A DNA stretch of 64,000 bases from Promethearchaeati archaeon (GCA_013166775.1 JABLTJ010000001.1:96001-160000); one strand, 5' to 3'. Positions 1 to 10,435 are shown, numbered from the stretch's first letter. Notes: generated by a model from the letters alone, not told the origin. Numbers and translations: made by a program.

Positions 1-340
1 ACCAGGTGTTGAAGAAACAGGAGGCGTTTCATCTTCCGATGCAGCAGATGCAGCTTTTTCCGCGGTCTCTGCAAAATTCAAACACATTACTCAGATGATA
101 AGCCCTCAATCCAGTTGTGGCTCTATAGCTAAAATGCTAGAGGAACTCAGAGATGAGGTAGAGACTCATGTTGGTATGTCACCAATGTTATATGAACTTA
201 ATTCTTGGGTTCAAAGAATAGGCAAAATGCCTGAGTCTGATATTCTCTTACCAGAAGTGCATAGCGAGTTAGTTGAGAAATTGGATGATTGGCTAAATAG
301 AGTAACAAAAGCTATTCATCTGAAGTATCAAGAGGAGTAA
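1..340 (+). CDS. 3' part of a hypothetical protein, truncated by the window start
   Basis: The frame is open from the window start to TAA at 338-340; helical C-terminal domain with no recognised motif. Confidence 0.6.
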   Translation, partial: PGVEETGGVSSSDAADAAFSAVSAKFKHITQMISPQSSCGSIAKMLEELRDEVETHVGMSPMLYELNSWVQRIGKMPESDILLPEVHSELVEKLDDWLNRVTKAIHLKYQEE

Positions 341-426
341 AGATTCCAACGAGAGTAATACCCTCATTAATATCGATATGATACTTATTTTTTAACATAC
401 TAAGAGGAATATATATACGAATTGGA

Positions 427-1062
427 ATGAATCTTAATGATATAAAGGGTGTAATAGAAATTCAGGGTGAAACATATGATCCAAGAACAATTCTCCAAGC
501 AATTTTAAATCAAGGATTAAAAATACAAATGACTAATGGCTCTTTATTAGTTGGAAGAACTTTCATTGATCCGTCATCAAATCTCACTCCAGAGTCATCA
601 CCTTGCCCAATAATAGATCATTGCAAAATTTATGATAAAGTAAAATATGATTCAATTATTGCAGGTACACCACATCTTTCTTCATTAGATTTAGAATCAA
701 GTTTCTCCTCTTTGGATCTATTTCAATCGTCTCCGAATGAATCAAGTAGAACTTATAGAGACCGAATTGAAGTAAATGATGAGGATATTGATATTAGAAA
801 CCTTTTTGCAGACTCAACACCTCATGAGTCTACATCAGATATGGATGATGATTTTGATTTTCAATATGGTACGGATTTAAATCCTAAAACATCGTTTGAA
901 TCCAGGGAAATGATTGGTTTATCATCACCAACTCGTTATGGCAAACCCCGTATAAAACCAAATAAAATTCCTAATAATCTAAAAGGTGGGTGCCCAGGAT
1001 GCAAGACCACAATTAATATTAATTGGAAACACTGTCCTTTCTGTGGATATATGATGAATTAA
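427..1062 (+). CDS. Hypothetical protein with a Ser/Asp-rich low-complexity middle and a C-terminal zinc ribbon
   Basis: C-terminal CPGC-x10-CPFC. Confidence 0.65.
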   Translation: MNLNDIKGVIEIQGETYDPRTILQAILNQGLKIQMTNGSLLVGRTFIDPSSNLTPESSPCPIIDHCKIYDKVKYDSIIAGTPHLSSLDLESSFSSLDLFQSSPNESSRTYRDRIEVNDEDIDIRNLFADSTPHESTSDMDDDFDFQYGTDLNPKTSFESREMIGLSSPTRYGKPRIKPNKIPNNLKGGCPGCKTTININWKHCPFCGYMMN

Positions 1063-1079
1063 TTAAATTTCTTTAGAAA

Positions 1080-2411
1080 TTACTCACTTCCTTCTACATC
1101 AACACATCCTTCAGGAGTAATAGCGAATACTGCTTCAGTTTCAGGAAGATATGGTGAATCGTAAATACGAATAATTCTTTTTTCTCCCTTTGATTTTCGT
1201 AAATAAAATCTTGTAATTGCCCAGTGACCTAAAATGTTCCCACCTATTGCTTGTGTAGGATCTCCAAAAAACGCTGCTGGATTTGATTGAACTTGATTTG
1301 TAATTGCTACAGCAACATTATAAGTATCTGCTAATCTGCCAAGTATCCCAAGATGATAATTTATTGTTTGTTGCCTTTCAGCAAGTGTTCCTCTACCAGC
1401 ATATTCTGCTCTAAAATGAGCTGTAGCTGAATCTAATGCTACCAATCCATATTCATCTTTATGATTGTAAAATAATTCCAACAATCTTTCAACCAAACTC
1501 ATTTGATGGTCAGAATTATATGCTCTTGCATATGTTATATCTCTTAGAACATCTTCGAATTTCTTCTCCCATCCTAATTCCTTCTGTAATTTCCCATGAA
1601 TAGCTTTTATTCTACTAGGAGAAAAGGTTCCTTCAGTATCAATAAAAACTGCTTTCTTATTTACTCCTCCTAGTTCTGAGGGTAACTGTACAGTTACACA
1701 GAGTTGATGACACAATTGTGATTTACCTGATCGAAAAGGACCAAACATTTCAATAGTTTCACCTAATCTCACCCCAGATACGCCTAATTCATCTATTGAT
1801 GTTAATGCATCTAGTGATTTAATGCCATAAGTAAACGCTGGTGCATCTTTTTGTTTCTCCAGAATGTCATATGCATTTATAAATTCAATTCCACCACGTA
1901 AATCTTTAAGAGAAACTTTGTATTTCTTTGCTGCTGCTGATGTTATTCCATATTTCTCTTCCAATTCCCTAATTGGTGTAGTTTCAAGAAGATAGACATT
2001 CAGACCCTTTTCTCTTAACATCTCTGCTGTGCCTTTTCCAATTCCAGGAAGATCTTCCAAACTAATTTCTTCTTTGAAGAACTTGTACTTTGGTATTACT
2101 TCCATTACTGCTGTTCTTATTTTTTTAGCAATAGCCCTCTGTACTCCCAAATCTTGAAGTTCAATCAATCTAGTGGTCATTAATTGTTCAATAGTTGTTA
2201 TCTCATTTTCAATAAGAACCTCGAGAGTTTTTTTACCTAAGCCTGGGATATCTTTTAGTTTCATTATTACTTCTTTTTCAGCTTTTTCTGCTTTTTCTGC
2301 TTCTTCTTCGCTTTCTTTTCGAGCTATTTCAATTAGGTGTTCTTCATATTCTTCTTCAATTTCTTTTGCATCTGGTTTGGCTATTTCTTCCTGCTTCTTC
2401 TTACTCATCAT
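1080..2411 (-). CDS. radA: DNA repair and recombination protein RadA with an extended N-terminus (two HhH domains)
   Basis: Walker A GPFRSGKSQ, FIDTEGTFSP, LDSATAHFRAEYAGRGTLAERQQ, TNQV, GGNILGH, DSPYLPETEAVF. Confidence 0.93.
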   Translation of the reverse strand: MMSKKKQEEIAKPDAKEIEEEYEEHLIEIARKESEEEAEKAEKAEKEVIMKLKDIPGLGKKTLEVLIENEITTIEQLMTTRLIELQDLGVQRAIAKKIRTAVMEVIPKYKFFKEEISLEDLPGIGKGTAEMLREKGLNVYLLETTPIRELEEKYGITSAAAKKYKVSLKDLRGGIEFINAYDILEKQKDAPAFTYGIKSLDALTSIDELGVSGVRLGETIEMFGPFRSGKSQLCHQLCVTVQLPSELGGVNKKAVFIDTEGTFSPSRIKAIHGKLQKELGWEKKFEDVLRDITYARAYNSDHQMSLVERLLELFYNHKDEYGLVALDSATAHFRAEYAGRGTLAERQQTINYHLGILGRLADTYNVAVAITNQVQSNPAAFFGDPTQAIGGNILGHWAITRFYLRKSKGEKRIIRIYDSPYLPETEAVFAITPEGCVDVEGSE

Positions 2412-2582
2412 TATGCACCAATGCTAATTCAAACAAGAGGTTAGAGTATATAAAGATAATACTTAATTTACTATCTAACTTTCCTAAATTTAACTTCTTC
2501 GAAGGGAGACCCCATTGTAAAAGTAAAGAAAAAAAGAATATTCTAATGTCTTCAAACATGCAACTTAAATTATAACATTCTT

Positions 2583-3092
2583 TTAGAAATCTATCCCTTT
2601 TCTAGCTTCAATACCTTTGTTATAAGGATGTTTTTTTTCATCAACATAGATTAAGTTGTCCGCTCTTTTTCGAATACTTTGAGGTATTTTTCTTCCGGTG
2701 ATAATTATTTCCTCTGTTATAAATTTGAATAGCGTTTGGATTTCTTTCCATCTCACAAGCTTAAAGAAAAGAGTTACTCCTAACTCATCCAATAGCAATA
2801 TATTTCGTTTGTTGATTTTCAAAAAATCTTTCAGTTCTTGAATGCCTATTTTAATGGAATTCCTAAAATCTTTTCTATTGCTCGTTTTAGTAAAGAACCC
2901 TTCTTTACCAAAGTAGAACCATTCAATCGCATCATATTCTTTGAAAAAATAGCATTCCCCACAATTCTTTCCTGTTTTGAGAAACTGAGCAACAGTTATT
3001 TTTTTATTCAACAAAGACTGGAGATAAATGTGTCCTAAAGAATAAGTTGTCTTGCCTTTCCCTTCACCATAGATTATTGTGAGTCTCGCCAT
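2583..3092 (-). CDS. cobO: CobA/CobO/BtuR-type cob(I)alamin adenosyltransferase
   Basis: YGEGKGKTT P-loop, QFLK, LLDE, IITGR, KHPY..GI.ARKGIDF terminus. Confidence 0.85.
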   Translation of the reverse strand: MARLTIIYGEGKGKTTYSLGHIYLQSLLNKKITVAQFLKTGKNCGECYFFKEYDAIEWFYFGKEGFFTKTSNRKDFRNSIKIGIQELKDFLKINKRNILLLDELGVTLFFKLVRWKEIQTLFKFITEEIIITGRKIPQSIRKRADNLIYVDEKKHPYNKGIEARKGIDF

Positions 3093-3154
3093 TTTGATCC
3101 CTAGAAGTTTTACATTCTTAAATATTAAGCAGTTAAATAAACACCAAGAATTGT

Positions 3155-3616
3155 TTATGAGGTTTTTACTTCATCCGCTTCTTCCTCATTCTTCTGAACA
3201 TCTTTTTTTCCTGAAATTTCTTTTTCTTGTTGCTTCTTTTTCCCTATAAGTTGTTTGGCTGTTTTATCATACATCTTTCCAGTTCCATCACAAACAGGAC
3301 ACATTTCTGTTCGAGCTTCTTTTCTTCTTCCAGTATCCACATATCCAGTTCCATAACAATAAGGACAATTAACTCCAATAACTCGCGCACCTCTTCTAGA
3401 ATAGATAAAAGATAAAGTTGCAAAGAGAACTCCTAAAACGATAAAGATGATTCCAGCATTTTCCAATCCCCTCCCATCCCCTCCCTGTTCAGAAATTAAA
3501 GCTCCCCTATCATATGTATATAATCCTATGATGAATAATATTGCCCCTAAAAGGAACATTAAGTAATAAGTAACGTAAATCTTTAAATTGGAGGTTCTCT
3601 TGATTTTTTTACTCAT
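3155..3616 (-). CDS. Two-TM membrane protein with a DnaJ-type CxxCxGxG zinc finger
   Basis: Two hydrophobic helices, then CPYCYGTG and CPVCDGTG, then a charged tail. Confidence 0.75.
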   Translation of the reverse strand: MSKKIKRTSNLKIYVTYYLMFLLGAILFIIGLYTYDRGALISEQGGDGRGLENAGIIFIVLGVLFATLSFIYSRRGARVIGVNCPYCYGTGYVDTGRRKEARTEMCPVCDGTGKMYDKTAKQLIGKKKQQEKEISGKKDVQKNEEEADEVKTS

Positions 3617-3671
3617 TGAAGTAAATTTTATTCAAACGCTGAAAAACATTGTGTTCTTATTTGAATGGCTA

Positions 3672-4223
3672 TTATCTACCAGAAGATCGTCTTCTGTAAT
3701 TTACCATTGCTGATGCCACTAGTGCTGTAACAAACTCCCCTACTCCTTCACCTGTTAAAGCTGAAGTTTCTCTATATCTACATCCTAATTTTCGACTTAT
3801 ACGCTCTGCATCTTCTCTGTTTACCTCACGACCAACATCTGTTTTGTTTCCAACCAAAGTAATGTCCACTTTGAGATCTTGTTCTCGCAGCTCTCTTATC
3901 CAATTAGCGCATTCTTTAAACGATTCTTTGCTTGAAACATCGAAAATAATTGCAGCAGCATTAGTACCTGGGTAAAGAAGTTTTCTTACAACACCGAATC
4001 TGTTCTGGCCTGCCATATCATAAAATAATGCTACAGCTTTCCCCTTTTTTGTTTTAAAAGAATATGAGTGAAATTCAGCACCACAAGTTGGTTTATATTT
4101 TTGTGAGAAAGAATTCTCTGTTAATCTTTTACAAATTGACGTCTTGCCAGATTTACCTGGCCCACAAATAGCCAACTTATAGATATCATAATCTCTGAAT
4201 TTTACTTGTACCCTAGAGCCCAT
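3672..4223 (-). CDS. Rab-like small GTPase (Ras superfamily)
   Basis: G1 GPGKSGKT, G2 PTCGAEF, G3 DMAGQ, G4 NKTD, G5 ETSAL. Confidence 0.9.
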   Translation of the reverse strand: MGSRVQVKFRDYDIYKLAICGPGKSGKTSICKRLTENSFSQKYKPTCGAEFHSYSFKTKKGKAVALFYDMAGQNRFGVVRKLLYPGTNAAAIIFDVSSKESFKECANWIRELREQDLKVDITLVGNKTDVGREVNREDAERISRKLGCRYRETSALTGEGVGEFVTALVASAMVNYRRRSSGR

Positions 4224-4418
4224 TCAATGAGCACCACTTAACACCCTTCAGATTAAATTAAAAGACGGTGTAATACTAAGCAATTACGAGAAAAATATCT
4301 TCCTTCATCTACGGGATAGTATTCTATTTATGAGAAATTCACTTTTCTCATTATTATAGAAAACCATAGATTATACTCAGTGGTTAATTCTTAAATATGA
4401 AGATTCTAATTTAATAAT

Positions 4419-5273
4419 ATGACAACAGAAATCACGAAGGTTGTTGTAGTCGGAGCAGGAACAATGGGGAGTGGCATTGCATTGGTTCTTGCTCAAGCTG
4501 GAATAGAAGTTAACTTAGTTGATACTGAACAGAAATATCTAGATTCTGGAGAAAATCGAATACGAAGATTTCTTGAGGGAAGTGTAAAAAGGGAAAAGAT
4601 GACACAGGAAAAAGCCGAAGAAATAATGAATCTTATTAATCCAATGTTGGATTTATCAAATGCAGTTGAAGGCATTCAGATAGTGATTGAAGCTATTGTT
4701 GAGGATGAATTAACAAAAAAAGCACTTTTCAAAAAACTTGATGATTTATGTGATGCGGGAGTAATTTTTGCTAGTAACACTTCTGCAATCAGTATAACAG
4801 AATTGGCTTCTGTAACAAAAAGAAAAGGAAAATTTGTAGGAATGCATTTCTTTAATCCCCCGACTCTGATGAAGCTAGTAGAAATAATAAAGGGTGAACA
4901 ATCAGAAGAAATCTTTGTTGAGAGAATAAAGTCACTCTGTGTAAAGTTAGGTAAGATTCCAATACCCTCAAATGAAGCACCAGGATTTATTATTAACAGA
5001 TTATTATGGCAATTTTTAAATGAAGCGTATAGGCTTCTAGAATCTGGAATAGCGGAAGCAAAACACATTGATGAAGCAGTAAAACTTGGATTGAATCATC
5101 CAATGGGGCCTTTTGAGCTTTCTGATTATATAGGATTAGATGTATTATTACAGATCGGAGAATATATATCCGAACAACTTGGGGAGGAATATACTCCGGT
5201 TAATTTATTAAAATTGATGGTTGACGAGGGGAAGTTAGGAAAGAAGACTGGAAAAGGTTTTTATGACTATTAA
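4419..5273 (+). CDS. hbd: 3-hydroxyacyl(butyryl)-CoA dehydrogenase
   Basis: GAGTMGSGIA Rossmann motif, ASNTS, GMHFFNP, PGFIINR, HPMGPFEL.D.IGLD, G.KTGKGFYDY. Confidence 0.9.
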   Translation: MTTEITKVVVVGAGTMGSGIALVLAQAGIEVNLVDTEQKYLDSGENRIRRFLEGSVKREKMTQEKAEEIMNLINPMLDLSNAVEGIQIVIEAIVEDELTKKALFKKLDDLCDAGVIFASNTSAISITELASVTKRKGKFVGMHFFNPPTLMKLVEIIKGEQSEEIFVERIKSLCVKLGKIPIPSNEAPGFIINRLLWQFLNEAYRLLESGIAEAKHIDEAVKLGLNHPMGPFELSDYIGLDVLLQIGEYISEQLGEEYTPVNLLKLMVDEGKLGKKTGKGFYDY

Positions 5274-5313
5274 GTAGTGGCTTAGATTTGAAAGAAATAG
5301 ATAGATTAGCTAT

Positions 5314-6018
5314 CTATCTTCTCCTTATATAGAGAACTACTGAAGCAACAACTGCAGCTATAATTGGAATAAATGCGAAAACGAACCATCCCCAACCGAT
5401 TTTGATTTGTTTTCCAAGCCTCCAATTAGGAACGGAGCTATCCCAAACATCCTCTTCTGAATAAAATTCCAAGAGCAAATCAAGTTGACTACTGGCTTCA
5501 TTCAAATCTGGATAATGATCATAATATGTCATATCTGCCCTTGGTAAACTTCTGGATCCGCTATCGCCACTGGTAACATTATAGAAGAAAATGAATTCCG
5601 TACCATTTACTATTTGTGAAATATTGAATGTTAGCACATTTTCTGTAAAATAACCATATGTTATATCCATTGCAGTGAACCCATTTTCTGATGACGATTG
5701 CATTGGGTTTTCTAATGTAATGTTACCGTCATCAAGACTACCAAATTCACATGAAGTTAGTTTCAATGATTCTGTTACAGTAAGGTTTAGAGTTACAGTT
5801 ACATTGGTAATTGTATAATTAAAGAAGTTTTTAATAAAAATACCAACAGTAAAATTCGAATCTACAGGCACTCTGTTCTGCATTTTTTGCTGGCCAAATA
5901 CTAATTCATTCGAAGGAATGTAACTATTAGTTGGTTTTATGAATAGCATAGTAAAGATTAATAGAGTAGTTAGTGCAATTTGGATGTTTTTTTTCATTGT
6001 AAAACTCCTTGAAAGCAT
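5314..6018 (-). CDS. Signal-peptide, Ig-like-domain, single C-terminal TM protein (TRAP-beta/SSR2-like architecture)
   Basis: N-terminal hydrophobic signal, beta-rich domain with many NxT/S sequons, G.RSLPRADMTY, C-terminal TM ending in RRR. Confidence 0.55.
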   Translation of the reverse strand: MLSRSFTMKKNIQIALTTLLIFTMLFIKPTNSYIPSNELVFGQQKMQNRVPVDSNFTVGIFIKNFFNYTITNVTVTLNLTVTESLKLTSCEFGSLDDGNITLENPMQSSSENGFTAMDITYGYFTENVLTFNISQIVNGTEFIFFYNVTSGDSGSRSLPRADMTYYDHYPDLNEASSQLDLLLEFYSEEDVWDSSVPNWRLGKQIKIGWGWFVFAFIPIIAAVVASVVLYIRRR

Positions 6019-6125
6019 AAAAAGTGAGTATATTTTTAACTTTAACTCTTCATGTCAACGAATTTTCTGCTGCTTTATATCTTCTGACTAAGAGAAATCA
6101 ATAAAAATTTAGAAAAATGATTTGG

Positions 6126-6842
6126 TCACATGAGATCTAAAGTGCTTTGATATGCCCTCACTATATCTATGCTCTCAATATCTGTTGATTTTGCTACAAG
6201 TTCAGGAAGCTGGAAATTTAACCAATTCATTGCATCTTCCATTTGTTTTCGCATATTTGGATCTGTCTTTCTAAAAATGTCAACCAATAAATCAAAATCG
6301 ACACTCTGTTTTTCAGATATAACTGCTAACCAAGATTTTAGTGTCTCTATTCTTTGACTTGGTAAAATGAATTCAACACTGTTGCTATTTCTGTATGTTA
6401 CTACAATTCCTTTGATTTTAACTGGCATCAGAGGTATGAATTGACCACCTAATTGAGTTCGAAACAATAGAGAAAGTATTTTAGTTTTATCATTAATTCT
6501 TAATCTATCGTAAAGCTGATCGTAGTCTACTAATGTTGCTCCAAAGAAGATTTTGGTACTTTCATGTTCTATATTTAACGCTGATTTGGATTCAAGTACT
6601 GTACCATAATCCTGATCTCGAAATCGAATTGAGATGATTCTGGGTAAATCCCGAGTTAATTTTTCTAATACTTTATCTATCTCGCCTTCTATGACGAGAT
6701 CATCACCAGAAAAAGAAAAGCGAGGGTCAAAAATACGTTTTATTGTTATTAATTCTTCCTCCAGGGCTGAATACAATTCATTTAAGATTTCAATTCTTAG
6801 CAATTTTTGTGAAACTCTAATCATTGTAGTTTGAATCATCAT
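6126..6842 (-). CDS. Hypothetical protein directly downstream of polB
   Basis: 238 aa ORF 10 bp after the polB stop, preceded by AGGGGA. Confidence 0.65.
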   Translation of the reverse strand: MMIQTTMIRVSQKLLRIEILNELYSALEEELITIKRIFDPRFSFSGDDLVIEGEIDKVLEKLTRDLPRIISIRFRDQDYGTVLESKSALNIEHESTKIFFGATLVDYDQLYDRLRINDKTKILSLLFRTQLGGQFIPLMPVKIKGIVVTYRNSNSVEFILPSQRIETLKSWLAVISEKQSVDFDLLVDIFRKTDPNMRKQMEDAMNWLNFQLPELVAKSTDIESIDIVRAYQSTLDLM

Positions 6843-6852
6843 AGATCCCCTT

Positions 6853-9648
6853 TTAGCTAAACCAGCTATCTAGCGATTTTTGTCCTTCAATAGATTCTTC
6901 CCAAGATATGCCGATAGTATCTAGTAACTGTATTAATGTTGACATTAGTAATTCTTTTACTTTTGGAATGTCAACATCAGTTTTTTTAGCCAGTTGAATT
7001 GGCTTCACAGAACATTCGTTGCTACCACTTATCTTATCTGATAATTGAATAGATTGCGTTTGAATTTTAAAGGATTTTGTCTTTATGAAGCTTATCAAAC
7101 TACCCTCTGTTGGTTTTTCTCCATCTGGAAATGCAAGAATCAATTGAACAGCTGCTTGTAAGGGTTGTGTCCAGCTATCATATTTATTGAGTTTTTTAGA
7201 AAGAGTGACTCTAATAGCCAAATCCTCAAGATTGAATTCTTTTTTGGATATTTTCTGATTTTGTCTTTGAATAATTTTAATGATTCTTTTCTTTGCTTCC
7301 TCTAATTCTTCTGAATTCTGAACCTTTGATAGAATGTCAAGAGCATCTTCAAAAGGTCTTTTCGCTAATTCTGGGGTGTTTTTTTTCTTTCCCATTAATC
7401 CTTTCACAATTGGATAACCTTTTGTTGTTATACCAAAGTAATTCTTTTTTCTGTCAGAAAGACCACAATAACGAAAAACATAATCGGTAGATAATTCAAT
7501 TTGAAAAGTGTCCATGCTCCATCTCTCTAATTCATCGATATTATCCATTGTTGGTTGGAGAACGAATATACTATCGGTATCACCATAAAGAACTTTCAGT
7601 CCAAGCTTTTCTTCACAATATTGTTTCGTCTTTGATATTGCTTCTCTTGCAAGTGCTGCAGTTGATTCTGCTACTGGAGGACAATATAATGCAAAGTTAT
7701 CTGAACCAAATACACCATAACTTGCATTCAAAAGAACTTTCAATGATGATTGAATTACATCGCTTTGGTTTCTCTCTGATTCACTCAGTTTCTGATCTTT
7801 TGCTCTATCTTTAAACCAATAAACTCTGATATCTCTGATGAATCCTATCAACATTGAGCTTATTCCTACATGTTGATTACATATCCAGTGATTTGTCTCT
7901 GGGATCCTATTTCTCTTACATTCTGCATGAGAACAATTTATGGTCTCGTAAGAGAGATTTCGTGTTTTTATCAGAGAAGGGTACAAACTGGCGAAATCAA
8001 GTACATGAACATCCCACCAAATTCCTACTTGAGGATCAATGACTATTGCTCCTTGATACTTTTTGCCTTTGATAATTGCTTCTGTGGATGTGCCTCCTTT
8101 CAAATGAAGAATATCTTCCTGTCTTGGAATAAGATAATTACGAAGACGATGTTCATTGTACATCCAGTTTTGAATCCAAATACTAACGCTAGATCTTGTA
8201 AAATCATCAATTGGCATTTTTGTGATTCTAGATAACATAAAAATTAATTCAATAGCTTGATTGTTATTGAAAGTAGTTAACTCAAGGGTTATTTCAGAAT
8301 CTCTAGCATTATATTCTATTAATTCTTCCAAATCCAAATCCCAAATAAATTTCTCAAGTTTGAGTTTTTCCTTTCCCAATAACGTTTTTCCGAGTTCATC
8401 CAAGGTGACTCTATCATATGCTCCACCAAAAGCATAAATTCTCATTGCTGGTTGTCGGAAGAATCTATACAAATCAATATGGGCTCCATTGGTAAGATAG
8501 ACATCTTGAGTTCTTGTTCGAACAAATGGAATCAATTTTCCATCTATTTCTAATTTTTTTGCTCTATTATCTAAATATAGAAAATCAAAATTATCTCCAT
8601 TGAAAGTAATAACAATTGGATACTCACTAAGTTTACGAAAAACAGTTTCTAGCAATTCTTTCTCATTATCAAATTCCATGAATTTTCTTTGTGTTTTTCT
8701 TTTGTCAAGAGGTTTTTTCTCCTTATTCAAAACGTATACAATGGTTTCTCCTTGGTTGTCAGAAATACCAACAGAGATGACTTCTTCCTCAGCTGAATGA
8801 GGACTAGGAATTTTGTCCTTTTCACTATGCAATTCGATATCAACTGAACACCTCTTAATATCAGGAATAGGAGCAAAAAATAAAGGCATATATTGCTCTA
8901 CAAGCTTCAGAATTTCCTGTTTTTGCTCTTGAAAAATTGATGTTATACCTTTTTTTACTTCTCCAGGTATTTTAGGTTCAACTCGTTTCAAATTACCATT
9001 CTCAATTTCATAATACAGTCCAGGAATCAATTGTTTGTCATAGATGTAATTTAGATGATAACGAATATTAGCTTCAAAAGAGGGGGTTATCCTTTCTCTA
9101 TAACTATCTTCTTTGCCACCTATTGCAAGCGGATTTGTAGCTAGAACTTTCGTGAGAGTTAGATCTTTATTTGATAGTAGATTGTGTTTTTTTGTTACTT
9201 CACAACCAACAAATTCTTTCTCGTTTTGTAGAAGGTTTTCTATATCGGTTTTTTTCATTGTTGTAATAAGATATGGCAAGTGATTGGTATTATCATACCA
9301 TCTGTAAACTTTACCATCTTCTGGATTAAACAGTTTTAAATAAGCTAGCTCGGCTTTTCCATCGTATTTTACATCAATTAAATACGAAGGAGGTAAGTCT
9401 TCAGGAGCGAGAAATATGTATTCGTTACCTTTTTCTTTTTGTAAGTGTTCCTCTAATGTTGCTGTCTTTGTCTGATTGCTTCCATTACTGATTTCCTCGA
9501 AATCCTTTCTATTGTTTGGGGGAGCTTCTTTATTCTTTACTTCGTTATTTTTACCCTCAATTTTACTATTAGCATGAAAGAAAGTATCAAGGTTGTTCTC
9601 AGCACCTGTATTTTCGTTGTTATCTATGGTTCCTTTTGCCTGTTTCAA
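6853..9648 (-). CDS. polB: Family B DNA polymerase, B1 type
   Basis: Exonuclease motifs DIE and FNGDNFD; polymerase motifs DFASLYPS, K..LNASYG, YGDTDS, KKNY; B1-type N-terminus YDGK...LKLF...YDNTNHLPY; C-terminal PIP box QKSLDSWF. Confidence 0.93.
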   Translation of the reverse strand: MKQAKGTIDNNENTGAENNLDTFFHANSKIEGKNNEVKNKEAPPNNRKDFEEISNGSNQTKTATLEEHLQKEKGNEYIFLAPEDLPPSYLIDVKYDGKAELAYLKLFNPEDGKVYRWYDNTNHLPYLITTMKKTDIENLLQNEKEFVGCEVTKKHNLLSNKDLTLTKVLATNPLAIGGKEDSYRERITPSFEANIRYHLNYIYDKQLIPGLYYEIENGNLKRVEPKIPGEVKKGITSIFQEQKQEILKLVEQYMPLFFAPIPDIKRCSVDIELHSEKDKIPSPHSAEEEVISVGISDNQGETIVYVLNKEKKPLDKRKTQRKFMEFDNEKELLETVFRKLSEYPIVITFNGDNFDFLYLDNRAKKLEIDGKLIPFVRTRTQDVYLTNGAHIDLYRFFRQPAMRIYAFGGAYDRVTLDELGKTLLGKEKLKLEKFIWDLDLEELIEYNARDSEITLELTTFNNNQAIELIFMLSRITKMPIDDFTRSSVSIWIQNWMYNEHRLRNYLIPRQEDILHLKGGTSTEAIIKGKKYQGAIVIDPQVGIWWDVHVLDFASLYPSLIKTRNLSYETINCSHAECKRNRIPETNHWICNQHVGISSMLIGFIRDIRVYWFKDRAKDQKLSESERNQSDVIQSSLKVLLNASYGVFGSDNFALYCPPVAESTAALAREAISKTKQYCEEKLGLKVLYGDTDSIFVLQPTMDNIDELERWSMDTFQIELSTDYVFRYCGLSDRKKNYFGITTKGYPIVKGLMGKKKNTPELAKRPFEDALDILSKVQNSEELEEAKKRIIKIIQRQNQKISKKEFNLEDLAIRVTLSKKLNKYDSWTQPLQAAVQLILAFPDGEKPTEGSLISFIKTKSFKIQTQSIQLSDKISGSNECSVKPIQLAKKTDVDIPKVKELLMSTLIQLLDTIGISWEESIEGQKSLDSWFS

Positions 9649-9874
9649 GTTTATTAAGCCCTCTTCATTGATTCTATAAGCATTTGAGAAGTTCTTATGA
9701 TTCTATTGTAATTTTTCGTCTAATATCTAGACTCGAAACGATATTAAAATACATCAATATATTTGTTATTGTTAGAAAGTAAAAATTCTTTTCAGAATCT
9801 TGGATTATTACAAAGAAACATAAATATTCAAATTTTCATTTATACCTATTCATTTATTTAGTTAGTTATTTGGC

Positions 9875-10318
9875 GTGATATATATGAGATCGTTATTTGA
9901 AAAATTAATTAATGTACACTTCATTAAACTGGAAAAAGGAGAAGATATACTAGAAACAATAGTGAATTACTGTAAAGAAGTAAATCTCAAATCTGGAGCA
10001 ATTTATGGGTTGGGAGCAGTAGAGAAAGCCTCTTTAGGATTCTATGATTTAAATTCAAAGACTTACTTGACTAATGATTACAAATTCAATGCTGAGATTT
10101 TGAACTGCACAGGAAATATAGCAAAGAATAAAGAAACTGGGGAATACATTGCTCATATACATATGACAATTGGAGATGCTGAAGGTAAAACATTTGGAGG
10201 CCATCTGCTTCCCGGTAATCCTATAAGTGTAACTGGTGAATTTACTATATTCGAGATAGATACAATTTTGGAAAGAGAACTTGATGATGAATTCAAGCTT
10301 CTTCTCTTAAGCTTGTAG
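9875..10318 (+). CDS. PPC (DUF296) domain protein
   Basis: LEKGEDI, GLGAV, EILNCTGNI, HIHMTIGD, GGHL. Confidence 0.85.
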   Translation: MIYMRSLFEKLINVHFIKLEKGEDILETIVNYCKEVNLKSGAIYGLGAVEKASLGFYDLNSKTYLTNDYKFNAEILNCTGNIAKNKETGEYIAHIHMTIGDAEGKTFGGHLLPGNPISVTGEFTIFEIDTILERELDDEFKLLLLSL

Positions 10319-10435
10319 AGTTATTTTCTCTTAATCTCATCATACTCACGTTTTCTTTCACTTTACTTATCAACCCGCCCCCGAACAAACTTTTAATAAT
10401 GTAGAATGCTTTTATCTTATTGAACAAGTTAGATC

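Noticed and set aside
2495-2520. GAA-GGG-agac-CCC-A resembling a methanococcal SECIS apex
   Set aside because: No lower stem, wrong strand relative to the flanking genes, and no nearby UGA-containing selenoprotein
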